From positions 82,770,001-82,834,000 of the forward strand of contig OZ024740.1 of assembly GCA_964016885.1 (NCBI GenBank): a stretch of DNA of 64,000 nucleotides, read 5' to 3'. The position numbers were made by a program, and so were the translations under genes. Positions 1 through 12,146 of the stretch are shown piece after piece; position 1 is the stretch's first letter; each line of letters starts with the position of its first letter. The stretch comes from Eledone cirrhosa. Its lineage: Eukaryota. The notes under the pieces were generated by a model. That model ran no database searches. It was given only the letters and a program-made list of their open reading frames with translations, and was not told where the DNA came from.

Positions 1-112
1 CGATGGTTGCTAGACACTGTACGGCTTAATTCAGGATGTTTGTTTACAAACACACCGAGCATTATAATAAATGTTCGGTGAATCCATACGTACATATATA
101 TATGTGTGCATG

Positions 113-154
<42 letters not shown>

Positions 155-260
155 CTACTGTACGTCTGTATACACATATATATGTACGTATACATACTTA
201 TATTTAAGTAACAGCCGTACTAAGAGTGATAAATGAAATTTCGTTTCAATTTTCCGTTTA
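1..260. repeat. Terminal arm of a dispersed foldback/MITE-like repeat (family X), running off the window start
   Basis: Same sequence as 58672-58850 and reverse complement of ~58175-58410 and ~43740-43925. It ends ...ttttccgttta next to (TA)n. Confidence 0.7.
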
Positions 261-277
261 TATATATTATTTTTTTT

Positions 278-730
278 AATATACACGGGTGTGTATGATT
301 TAGTATAGAAGATTATATTAATAAAAGGAATTCCAACTTTGTCTGATTTACTCGTTTTATTTACAATCCTTTAAAATTATAATGGTATTAGAATAAAATA
401 GTATGGTAGAATGTTAAGTGTTAATTGAACAAGTACTTTCATGCTTTCGCAATATTAAGGTTCATATTCTGTGGTGACAGTCAAGATTGCAATTTTTACA
501 GTTGAAAATTGCAAACTTGGCTGTCAACGCAGAATATGAATATGAAGATTGCGAAAGCATGAACATACTTGTTCAATTAACACATAACATTTAATATTCT
601 ACCATACTATTTTATTCTAATACCATTATAATTTTAAAGGATAGTAAATAAAGCGTGTAAATCAGACAACGTTGGAATTCCTTCTATTAATATAATCTTC
701 TATACACAATCATACACACCCGTGTATATT
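278..730. repeat. Imperfect ~450-bp palindrome (foldback element) between TA-rich tracts
   Basis: aatatacacgggtgtgtatgatt... at 278 is mirrored by ...aatcatacacacccgtgtatatt ending at 730, with the centre near 500. Confidence 0.85.
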
Positions 731-739
731 TATTTTTAA

Positions 740-770
<31 letters not shown>

Positions 771-809
771 TTGCGAGGTTTTTGATATGAAATCGTGTGT
801 CGAAACAAA

Positions 810-1013
810 TATTGTTATTCTTGGGGAGGATCAGATTGTTGTAATAATATTGCCAGAATGAATAACAGAACACACTCACTGTTAGGTTGGTTTTTGCTTC
901 TATATCTTTTATATCAAAGATACAGAAGAGAAGCGAAAACCAACGAAACAGTGAGTGTATTCTGTTATTAATTCTGGCAATATTATTACAACAATATGAC
1001 CCTCCCCAAGTAT

Positions 1014-1020
<7 letters not shown>
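810..1020. repeat. Imperfect ~210-bp palindrome abutting (TA)n
   Basis: tattgttattcttggggagg...ctcactgtt is mirrored by aacagtgag...cctccccaagtataacaata. Confidence 0.8.
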
Positions 1021-1085
<65 letters not shown>

Positions 1086-4000
1086 ATATATTCATTTTAT
1101 TATGGCTAAATATTGAGTCTTGTTACGCTGGAATTTTGTTAGTTTATCACAGGTTAATCTGATGAGACTGCAATACATAATCGAACATATATTATCACCT
1201 ATTAAGCAGTTAGATATCCTATCAATTAATTACATTCATTCTCAAATACAGATTATATGAATGTTATTACATATTAATTGAGACATATTAATCAACATTG
1301 TAATCCGATGATGCTAATTCATCAATAAAGATTCTTTCAAGTGTACTTTTAATATTTCATTATTTATGTTTCCCGTATTTATTTCATGACCCCATTGTAA
1401 ATATGTGGATTAACATTGTTTAAACTATTTTCTCTTTACATCTATTACTACTGTGTTTCTGAAGAAAATAAAAATAGACATGTATTAATATATAAGAATG
1501 GGATTGTTACGTATACAGTGAATTAAATTGTCCATCATCCAGTTTCCGTGGAAGCGACAGAATTAGAATCGTTACTTGATTGATTCTGAACTACTTTATG
1601 TTCAATAACGTTTAACATGATGTCAATGGCTATCAGGTAATTATTGCATGCTCCTATAGAAAGTCGATCTAAAAACCAAAGATTTCCATATTGCTAGTTC
1701 GTTCAATATATTACTCCAAGAAATAGCATCATTTTAGGAAATCATTCGGATCATAATTCAGAATAATTGTATAGAGATAAGCAAATCGAACATATCTAGT
1801 GTTTGTGATACTATAACACATATTGCGAAATGTCTGCATCAGTTTATGTGTCTGGAATTCACCAGACAAAATTAATTTTATATATGTATTTCTTTTCTCT
1901 TCTTCCGAATGAGTTATTAAATATGATGAATATGACAAATAACGAAAATGCTTATGATGCACTTATACACAAATCATAACATCTCAAATATATGTTATAC
2001 AAAGTAGAACACATAACAACAACGTGAACATGAACATGTGGATTATGTTTCGAAATTCTTAGAAAGTGAGCGTCTGCTTGATTTTCGAATGCCGTTTGGA
2101 TTTAGGTTAGTGAATAGTGTTGATCGTTTGACATTACTACCAAATGTCTGGTATATCAGCACCATTAACCTTAATAGATGGAAAACCATAGCTTTGGATA
2201 TTTTGCTTTATTTTCGTTGCTAAATTTTCGCCAAAGCATATAGTTTCTAGAAAGTAGTTGACATCCAAGGTTGCCATTATGTTTTAAACATGTTCATGGT
2301 TTTTCAGAAACGCTCCCTTATTATCTAAATATTGGAATATAATCCTAAATCTACTTTTCTAACTCGTGTCACACCAATTTCAGCTACATAGTGCGTATAA
2401 TATGTGCATATTAGTAAAATTAAATGTAATAAATATTTGTTATACTATATCATTTAATTATACTCTTTAGGGAGAATCTATCATGTTTCACCTAATGTTA
2501 AGTAATACATATTGAATTCATAAATAACCACTATATGTGTTGGACCGATGTCTTGTCATTACACTATTGTGGCTAGCCAACATGATCTTTTCTAAAGTAA
2601 ATATGTTATCATACCAGGTGTATTCCATATGCTATATTTAGAAGGTTCATGAAACACAGACGAGGGGCTTCTTGCTCTATTGTAAAATAGAGCCAACAGT
2701 CTCCTACGCACTACCTATAACGTCTATATACACTATCTAATGTATAGCTGCTGAAATCAATATAAATGGTCTAAAAGTACTAACGGATCGTTTCCGTGTT
2801 ATTGTAAAAGACGTATGCGTTACTAAAACCAAACCTGAGTTTCATACTTGTCTGTAAATATTCATACTTTTCCATCTCAGTGGGTTCATTCCTCGATATA
2901 TTGACAGTTGTTTTATAGACATGATTCAACTGACGAGTTTCTTTACTCTATATTGAAAATGCACTTTCAAATTGGTGTCTACCACTGACTACAAGTATTT
3001 GCAAATGTTGGTAACATCGCACAAATAGCGTATTTTACTTATCGAACATTGTTGACGTATTGGGTAACACTTGATCATGTATAACGGATCACTGCACCGC
3101 AATTAGCGAGAGACCTCCTTAGAAAAGTATTTTTTTTACCCGTAAGACACTCACTGTGTAATGTTTGTTTGCTTTTTCATTATTGATTCATTGATGAGTG
3201 TGTTTTTATATTGGTGCTATACAATTGATTAGCTGCTCTTCATTTTGTAAGGGAAACGCTTATAGATTTGATATGTCATTGTATAACAAAGGAAGATGTA
3301 CTGTTATGTTAAAAGAAAATCTACATTTTTCAACATGAGTTGTGTTCCTGTGTCAAATAATGTGTAAATTAAGTATACATTAAATTAACCTACGCCGTGG
3401 AATAGAGTGGTTTGTAAAATATTTAAGAGGAAAACATGATGTATGTTAATGACGGAAACCACAACCTTAGCTTCAGCTCTGGTTACGATTCTTAGCTTTG
3501 GGACATGCATTAATGTTATAAAGGCATATTGTGAAAATGACAAACTGCGATACACCACAGCATGTCCTTAATGAAATATAGAGAATAAGATATAGACAAA
3601 TATATATCTATTGCTTAAAGTACATCACATTATGTTGGTAAACAGAAAGCAAATGCATGTGCCTGTGTGTGAACTTACTTCCTCATCAATAATGATACTG
3701 TCAAGAAATTAACTGGAAGGAGTGAAAGTATATTCTAATGCTGTGCTTGCTAATAATATTAAACACATTTTAAACTTTGAAATTAGAACTTTCGATAAAA
3801 AGTGATACGAAAGCAGCTTGCGAATTCTCTACAACAAATGTATTGTCATATCTAGTTTATGGTTACTATAAATGGATCAGCAATGGATAGTGATAAATGA
3901 TAGTAAATACTGATAGGAATGAACAATGAACAATAATCGGGTTTAGAGCAATATAGAAGCAGAGATGTTATCAGCAGGCATTACGATCTAATTGTATCAA

Positions 4001-6603
4001 GTCTTTTTGTAAGTGCTAATAAACTATTCTAACCAGAAAACTATCACAATGAGAAACAAGCAATTTTGTTAGACTTTATTTAGATGATATTATAAAAAAA
4101 CACATTTTTTTATCCTCGTAAGACAACATTTTTGTGATCTAATAATAAGACATTTGAGAAGTCAAAAAAAAAATTAAAAGCGTTGAATAATATTACAATT
4201 AAAAAAGATTGAATTTTAAAAACGCTACCCAAACAGAATAATTGAAATAAAATAAATTAATATTTCCTATCTGATACAATATACCAACCATGATTATATC
4301 AAATAGAATAAAGCACTAATCTGTAAACCAAATAGATAGAATATTAGTGTGTTGTTTAGTACCGTTTTTCCGTGATCATTCGTGGTGTTTTCACTATTCT
4401 GAATCGCTTTTTTATTTGATCTGTTAAATGGCCCAATTTAATCCATGATTATCATTTATATTTTAAGTTAAATTGTAATGAATCATATGATATATTGCCA
4501 AATTAATACTGATGACATCAATATTATAATTGTTTTATATATTTTTTTCGGTGGGATGAGTATCCTACTATTTTTATTTTTTTTTATATTGAGTCATATT
4601 GTGTATAACGTATAATTGATTTATATAGCTTATGTACACCAACATAATTTCTATAATTTCTATAAAGTTGTTAACAAACAGACGATGGAAAATGTAAATC
4701 AAAGTAGAATCATAAAATGATTGAATAAATAAGAACAGAAATGATGTATATAGAATAATGTTGATCTGCAAATGTTAAAGTTATGAACAACTGAAATGTT
4801 TTTTTATATTGAATTAACATAAATATTTTTTCTCATCAAACGAATAGATTAAAGGAAAAAAAAACGAAATGTTCATGGGATGAGTGGGAAAAATAAATTT
4901 ATTTAAAAGGAAATGTTGTCTATAAAATTCGTATTTAAGATATTATGTTGCAATAAAGATATAACGAATTTGTATAATTTTATTTTCAGTGGAAAAAATT
5001 ATATTACCCATAGACATATCTTCGATACACTACAGGCTTTGGTGAGTAGGTAACTTTTACTAGTATTATATATGTTTGTGTATGTATGTGTATATATGCG
5101 TTTTAGTAAAATTTCGTCTTGTAATGCAACATTTTAAGTAATATTAATAATATTTATTCATTGATTGCATTAAAGATAATGCTATATGTATGAATTTAAT
5201 ATTAACATACATGTAGGCAGTTTGATGGAGCTCACCCTGCATATATATAAATATTCATTATGCGTCTATATATTTGTTAATAAGTGTCTGTATGCATGCG
5301 TGCCTATGTATGTAACGATGTGTACATGGTTGTGAGTATATGTGCGCACAACTGCGCACGTGCGTGTTTTGGGAATGTGTGTTTGGATATTGGTGTGTGT
5401 ACGTTCGTACATACCACGCCAGTCTACATTCGATTCTCTGTCCGGAAACATATGTACGGAAACTTATATATTAATCAAAAACTCTAACATTCAGTTATCA
5501 CCTACATTATCTAAAAATGGAAAAGTGCTTCAGATTCTGGAATAAAACACTTTAGAGAAAACCTAATCGACAAGAATATAATACGTGAATATACTCAACG
5601 TAACAACCATGTCTGATAATGAAACGATTTAAATGGATTTCGTTTGAGTTATCATATATGCCACACTACTACTGATATATTGAAGAACAATTTCATACGT
5701 AATTGAACATAATGCCTAAGAGTCAGACCATGCAAATTACAAAGGCAATATATTATTTCAAATTAATCTCGCTTCTCTCTCTCGCTACCCACCGAACTAA
5801 TTCATTTGCAATTTTAGCAGCCTGGACTATGATGCAACATCACCTATGGAACCTCCATGTCAGACAGGTAAAACGTCCGAAATAAATAACATGACAACCA
5901 TTATTTGGCCAGTGCTTCTCCGTTATATACACACATATATGCGTCCATATGACCACAAGCACATACATACATTATATCATGATTCGGTAGGAATATATAT
6001 ATGTTATGTTGATTATTGATACAAACAGTAAAATATCAATTCAAATTACAACATTCAACATTAATGCAGGCGGAGAAATACGTCGATCGTAATTATACAC
6101 ATTATTAATCATTACGTTATGTTTTTCGAGAATATTTACAGTGTCTAGTGAAACACATTTCTTTATTTAGCTATAATCTTATCTCCTAAACTCAAACGTC
6201 GTTGAGGGTCGAGAAAATAGATACTAATCAATATACGGTAATATATTTAGTTTTTCTTAAATTCAACCTTCGTGTGAATAGAATTATATAATACGTTTGG
6301 TTGAAGATTTCAACAATACTGTATCATTACAATTTACCTTCTTGGAAAATAAATGCAAACGGAAGTCTATTAGCAAATGCAAGATACAAACAAACATATG
6401 GACATAGAAATTGGATATGAGAGATTCATTTCAATGAATTTATGACAAAGAAGCTAATGTGAGTTATTTTGAGTACAACTTTAGAGAGAACGAACCAGAC
6501 CATAACAACTAACAATACTATATTTTATATCTTTCATACTCCAAATCAAACAAAGTTTTCTTTTTGCCATTGTCAACAGAAAAGTTCTAATCAATACCAA
6601 GCG

Positions 6604-6688
<85 letters not shown>

Positions 6689-6693
<5 letters not shown>

Positions 6694-6868
6694 ACTTTAG
6701 TAATGGTTTAGTAGAAATATCCAGGGTAAGAGCACTCTGTCCATATGATGAGTTTATAAATAATAATTACGACAGTGACAGAGACTCATTCTGACTTATT
6801 ATGACAGGATGAATGATTTGAGGTCCAGAACCCAACGAAACTTAAGTACATGCTTTTGTCACTGTTGC

Positions 6869-6872
<4 letters not shown>
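6689..6872. repeat. Left arm of a 184-bp inverted repeat, microsatellite-flanked
   Basis: Reads as the exact reverse complement of 7814-7997. The flanking (TG)n/(CA)n and (TA)n tracts are mirrored too. Confidence 0.9.
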
Positions 6873-6949
<77 letters not shown>

Positions 6950-7075
6950 GTAGGAGGTGAGTTTTATTGCAGTACAATAAAGCAATGCAGATATCGGATA
7001 AGAAGCACTCTACAGTTTGTGGGACTGGAGTATGCATAATATAAGATCAAAAGATGGTTAAAGGAGTTCCATATA

Positions 7076-7142
7076 TTTTATTATGCGCATTTCAAAAACA
7101 AACATCATCAAGCAATAATATTTGTGTTTTCATCAGATAAAA
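7076..7142 (-). ncRNA. Minimal type-I hammerhead ribozyme (minus-strand mirror copy)
   Basis: Reverse complement of the 7253-7319 motif. Confidence 0.75.
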
Positions 7143-7252
7143 CAGGAGAACATGATATGAAGGCTAAAAAACACTTGTTGATAGTGGAGTTTTAAATCAA
7201 CATATCTGCACTATCCACAAGTGCTTTTTAGCCTTCATATCATGTTCTCCTG

Positions 7253-7319
7253 TTTTATCTGATGAAAACACAAATATTATTGCTTGATGATGTTTGTTTT
7301 TGAAATGCGCATAATAAAA
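7253..7319 (+). ncRNA. Minimal type-I hammerhead ribozyme
   Basis: Stem I TTTTAT/ATAAAA; core CTGATGA (7259-7265); stem II AAACACAAATAT/ATGTTTGTTTTT; GAAA (7302-7305); palindromic stem III TGCGCA; cleavage triplet ATA. Confidence 0.78.
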
Positions 7320-7351
7320 TATATGGAACTCCTTTAACCATCTTTTGATCT

Positions 7352-7430
<79 letters not shown>

Positions 7431-7476
7431 GATATAATTCGTAATAAAATGTATCATACCTAAACTGCTCCTAAAT

Positions 7477-7564
7477 TCCTCGACTACGTAGTTTCGTGGC
7501 ATAAACAAAAACAATATATCAAAGATATAGAGTCCTTGCGAGGTCTGCCAACTTATCAAGAGGA
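7477..7564 (-). ncRNA. Type-I hammerhead ribozyme with a U3-A8 core variant
   Basis: Minus strand reads TCCTC-TTGATAA-GTTGGCA...TGCCAC-GAAA-CTACGTAG-TC-GAGGA. Stems I and II pair, stem III is palindromic and the cleavage triplet is GTC. Confidence 0.65.
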
Positions 7565-7778
7565 TACCTCATTTTACTAGTCTCAAGAACGCTTCTACAC
7601 GACGTGAGAAAGAATCCCAAAAGGCGGAGGGGGAGATAGTCACGCGATATAACGGTCGAGAAACAGAGCTAAGCCTCTTATAACCACGAAGAAAATACCA
7701 CGGAGGCGGAGGGGGTATTCATATCGAGGCCGTAGAAGAGGTAGTGAAGAAGGCGAGAAGTATGTATCTGTGTGTTTC

Positions 7779-8115
<337 letters not shown>

Positions 8116-8384
8116 GTGTTTGTCTGATGGTAGCTAAGATGCTTCCTTAGGCGGTATGCCGTTTGAGCACTCCATGCTCTTACAGAGCAGAGTATGATAG
8201 AATAGAAAACGAAAAATCAGTGATGCATCTGAACTCAATTTATTGTGTGTTACAAATGTTTCCACGGCGGACACCTCGAGACGCAATCATTGTGTGGATC
8301 TGTCTGATTCTGGACCCGCAGGTTCGACGGACACGTCTAATTGTTTCGGAGCATATTCTTTTACGGTGGTCTCTGATCCTCTAG

Positions 8385-8543
8385 GCCAGAGGTACCATAT
8401 CGAATGCGTTTTTATAATCCTTCCATCCCAGGGCAACACCAGTATGTCTCCTCTTGCAATTCCTCATTACCATCTTATCAATAGGTACCTGGTCTTTTGT
8501 ACCACATGACTTCTTTCGGGATCCTTTCTGTTCGTCCGATAAC
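8385..8543 (-). pseudogene. Fragment of family-B R4/Dong-like RT, fused to a Tx1-like 5' end
   Basis: Translates as [49 protein letters not shown], homologous to the family-B RT. The junction matches 34895-35120. Confidence 0.85.
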
Positions 8544-10111
8544 AAAGCCTTTTGGTCCAAATAGTTTAACATTTTACTTCCAAAAATTATCAAAAAGAAA
8601 CATGACTGTCCCACTTATTGTCCCCTACATGTCGGCCCTTGTGGCTAATAAATGATGGAACAAATAGAGCGAGGTGACAAACAGGGCGGCCTCTCTCACC
8701 CAGAAATGTGCCGGGAGGAAGCTGTCACTGAAAAGCCGGACGGAGGTGGCGAATGCGTACATCGCATCTGTCATCTGCTACCGCCTCACCATCGTCCCTT
8801 GCCCCGGCCCAACTCTCACCAAAATGGAGCGCCTCCTCTGCTGCTTTTTGTGGAAGGGACGCGCTCCAATGGTCAGACGATCCATCTGCTGTCAACAACC
8901 GTTGCGTGGAGGACTGGGCATGCCATGGCTGATGATGCGCAAACATGCGCTGAGGCTGCGACATCTCTGGTGCTTCCTTGACGTTGAACAGGTGTGGTCG
9001 CCGTTCGCCAGGCACGTTTTTCAATAACTATCTCCTTGACGAAACTGCAGTCCTGGGTCAGGAAAAGACCGAGGAAATGCGCTTGGAAACTGGAATGTCT
9101 ACAGCCGCTCACTGGTCTCTGCCAGCTGGGCACCAGTATCGGTGGAACATACAGCTCGGCGTTCTATAGAGGACTAGTGGAGTGGTAGAGCGAAGACGTT
9201 CTCGGAGAGATCCTGGGCGTCGAAGAAAATTAGCTGTTTGCTCTCTTCCGGAGAACTTTCAGCCCAGGGCCTATGGATAAATACCAGAAATCCCTGATCT
9301 GGCAGTGCTACCGGGCGGCTTTTCCGGTTCGAGATAAGCTCTACAGGCACGGAAGTGCCGTTAGCCGAGCCTGTCCGAGATGGGCGCAGAGCGACGAAAC
9401 CGTCGTGCACGCACTCGGTCAGTGCCCGAGCATTGCTGACTTGTGGAGAAATATCGAACAGCTGCTGTCACGTGTGGGACTGATCCGGTTGTCGGCTGAG
9501 TCCATTGTGCAGATGGTCTCGCCGTCTTCCGTTGAGGAGGAAGGGCATGCGGTTTTCATCTGTCTGATGGCCATGGCGAAAGAGATTGTGTGGGGCATAT
9601 GGTTGAAAGTGTTTAAGACAGACACTTTCCTCTTCGGCGCATCCTGATTTTCAAGTTTCACTTGAAGAGGGAAATCAGCGTGGAGAGGCAAGTGCTGTCT
9701 TCTAGCAAGTTTGTTGAAAGGTGGGTGAATGTAGCGAGAATGGTCTGAGTAAACGAGACTGCTCTGAATATATGGTTGTAGTTTCAGGAATGGGAAAACA
9801 TTGAGAAGTCGTTTGCCCTGGTGGTCAGGGTGGCCGTGGTCTATTGTATGGTTTTTGCCGCGAGTAACCCTCGGAAGGTTCCACCCTATTGGGGAATTTT
9901 TCCTTGTTTCAATTTTCATTATTATTGTTTATATATATATATATATATATATATGTTTCTATGTCTTTTTTTTCTTTTCTTATATACATAATAAATATCT
10001 TTACACGCACAAAACCCCCATCGTAGCGCCCTGTACCGTCCTGTTCCGTCTGTAATGTTTTTCTTGATGTCAGCCCTTGTGGCCAATACAAAATAATAAT
10101 TATTATTATTA
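8544..10111 (+). mobile_element. Decayed, internally deleted Tx1/L1-like LINE (copy 1) with a (TTA)n tail
   Basis: Post-RT motifs FLWKG...RGGLGMP and the zinc knuckle CPRWAQSDETVVHALGQC. Homologous to 37600-38760. The 3' end reads gcccttgtggccaataca-aaataataattattatt. Confidence 0.8.
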
Positions 10112-10206
10112 TACACGCAGAAATGCCCATTTGTACCGTAATGTAGTGTCCTGTACTGTCATTAATGTCTACTTTATGTAAATCATTGTGGTTAAGAATG
10201 AAAGCC

Positions 10207-10236
<30 letters not shown>

Positions 10237-10238
<2 letters not shown>

Positions 10239-12136
10239 TGCATTTATCTTGCTTTATGTTTATACGAGTTATCACCAAGTCACAACCAGTGACCTCAAGA
10301 GACAACAAGGTCCGCCATGTTCAAGAAAGAACATACATATTCACACATGCATCCTTAGTGTTTAGACTTGTGATGTACTTATATTGACAGGATCTTCCTT
10401 AGTATATAGGCAGTTCCCATTAGTACTATCTTTTGTATTTCTACTATACGCGGGTTTCCTGGGATTTGCGATAAGTAGTCGTTAGACCCCTTAGGTATCA
10501 TTCCCAGAGCGCCTACAACCACTGGTATTGTTTTAGTTCTCAATTTCCACATTTTTCCAATTTCTATCTCCAGGTCCTTATACTTGCTCAATTTTTCAAA
10601 TGTTTTTATAGATACATTCTTGTCTATTGGAACAGACATATCAAATAGCAGGCATACCCTCCTTTGAAAGTCCTTCAATATTATATCAGGTCTATTTGCA
10701 TCTATTTTTCGGTCTGTTTGGATGCTAAAGTTCCACAAGATTGAGATGTGATCTTTTTCAAGTATGGGAGGTGGTTGATGCTCCCACCTATTCTTTTGAT
10801 GGGGCAGGTCAAAATGCTTACACATTATCCAATGTATGTATTGTGCAGCTCTGTCATGCCTGTTTAGGTATTCGGTTGGAGCTATAGGACTGCACATTGA
10901 AATTATATGGTCAATGGTCTCTGGTTGTTTTTTGCATACACGGCATAATGGGCTGCACCCATTTTTTATTATGTTGGCTTGGTAATTTTTTGTTGGCAGA
11001 CACTGATCTTGTGCGGATATAATCAGTCCTTCAGTCTCCGATTTCAGTCCAGAGGATGCCAACCACTGATGGGTTAAAGTTTTGTCAACATCAGGATTGT
11101 TAGCTCGCTCTGGGTATTTTCCATACAGAGGCTTTTCTTGCCATTTCTTAGCCAGTTTATGTAGCAGTTCTTTCTTTGCAGTTACTTTTACCTGCTTTGC
11201 TTTTTCTGTGTTTTCCATTTCAGCAGTAAATGGGACTTCTGAAATGTATAGTCCATTACTGTATCTTTGTGCATCTTTTGTAATGGAATATGATCTTTTG
11301 GTGCTTTCGTGTTTCAAAACGAGTTTGATCATCCAATCATGTGATTCCATTAGATATGTGGATAATCCAATTGTTGCAGTTTTCAACGCAATGTCTAACT
11401 GGATTAACCCACGTCCTCCTTCTTTCCTAGGGAGATATATTCTATCTATGTCTGCCTTAGGGTGATGCATTCTGTGCCTGGTTAAGAATTTTCGGATTTT
11501 TGTATCGAGCCTACGGATCTCTGTGCTTGACCAGTTGATGACATTGTAACTGTAGGTTACTACTGGTATGGCAAGCGTGTTTATGGCATCGATCCTATTC
11601 CTTGCATTCAATTCCGTTCTTAAGATTGCTCTGACTCTACGGTAACATTCCTTCCTTATCCTTTCCCTCATTGTCGAGTGCTTGATTCCGTCTCCTTCAC
11701 AAACACCTAGATATTTGTAAGTTTTTTCTTGATCAAGCTCTCTTATCACGTTCCCCCGATCAAGATTAATGTGTGAACTCTTCAGCAGCTTTCCTCTGGT
11801 GAACGTTGCTTTGGCGCATTTATCCAGTCCAAACTCCATTTTAATGTCATCACTGAACTGCTTCACAGTGGATAATAGCCCTTGCAATTGTTCATCATTT
11901 TTTGCAAATAGTTTCAGGTCATCCATGTAGAACAGGTGATTAATGGTTTTGTCATAGACTCTATATCCATGTTTTGTTTCATGGAGCATTTTACTTAATG
12001 GTATAAGTGCGATGCAGAATAAAAGCGGTGATAAAGAGTCACCCTGAAAAATTCCACAATTAATGTTAACTTCTCCAGCTTCCAGTGATTTTGTTTCACT
12101 ATTCAAAAGGAGTGTCGTTCTCCATGTCCTCATACT
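10237..12136 (-). mobile_element. R4/Dong-like RLE non-LTR retrotransposon, family A copy 1 (5'-truncated)
   Basis: ORF 10379-12133 has QGDSLSP, YMDD, the CCHC motif CRVC..H..C and the RLE motif RPD..D..K.KY. (TTA)n lies on both sides. Confidence 0.93.
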
Positions 12137-12146
12137 ATTATTATTA

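Larger units (their letters stand above)
7037..7358. repeat. Near-perfect 322-bp palindrome carrying hammerhead ribozymes
   Basis: taatataagatcaaaagatgg... pairs with ...ccatcttttgatcttatatta. Arms are ~150 bp, the central loop is short, and (TA)n follows. Confidence 0.92.

Noticed and set aside
1151-1200. CTGATGA...GAAC hammerhead-like motif
   Set aside because: The GAAA box and stem III/cleavage site are imperfect; at best a decayed relic.
1100-4800. Possible extremely decayed Penelope-like ORF (IPYAIFRR-like peptide near 2620); similar hints at 48.1-50.4 kb
   Set aside because: No RT or GIY-YIG motif could be read with confidence; a frameshift-aware profile search would be needed.
36-7039. 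ORFs rich in YI/CV/HT dipeptides, here and at 43-63 kb
   Set aside because: They are read-throughs of (TA)n, (TG)n and (CA)n microsatellites.
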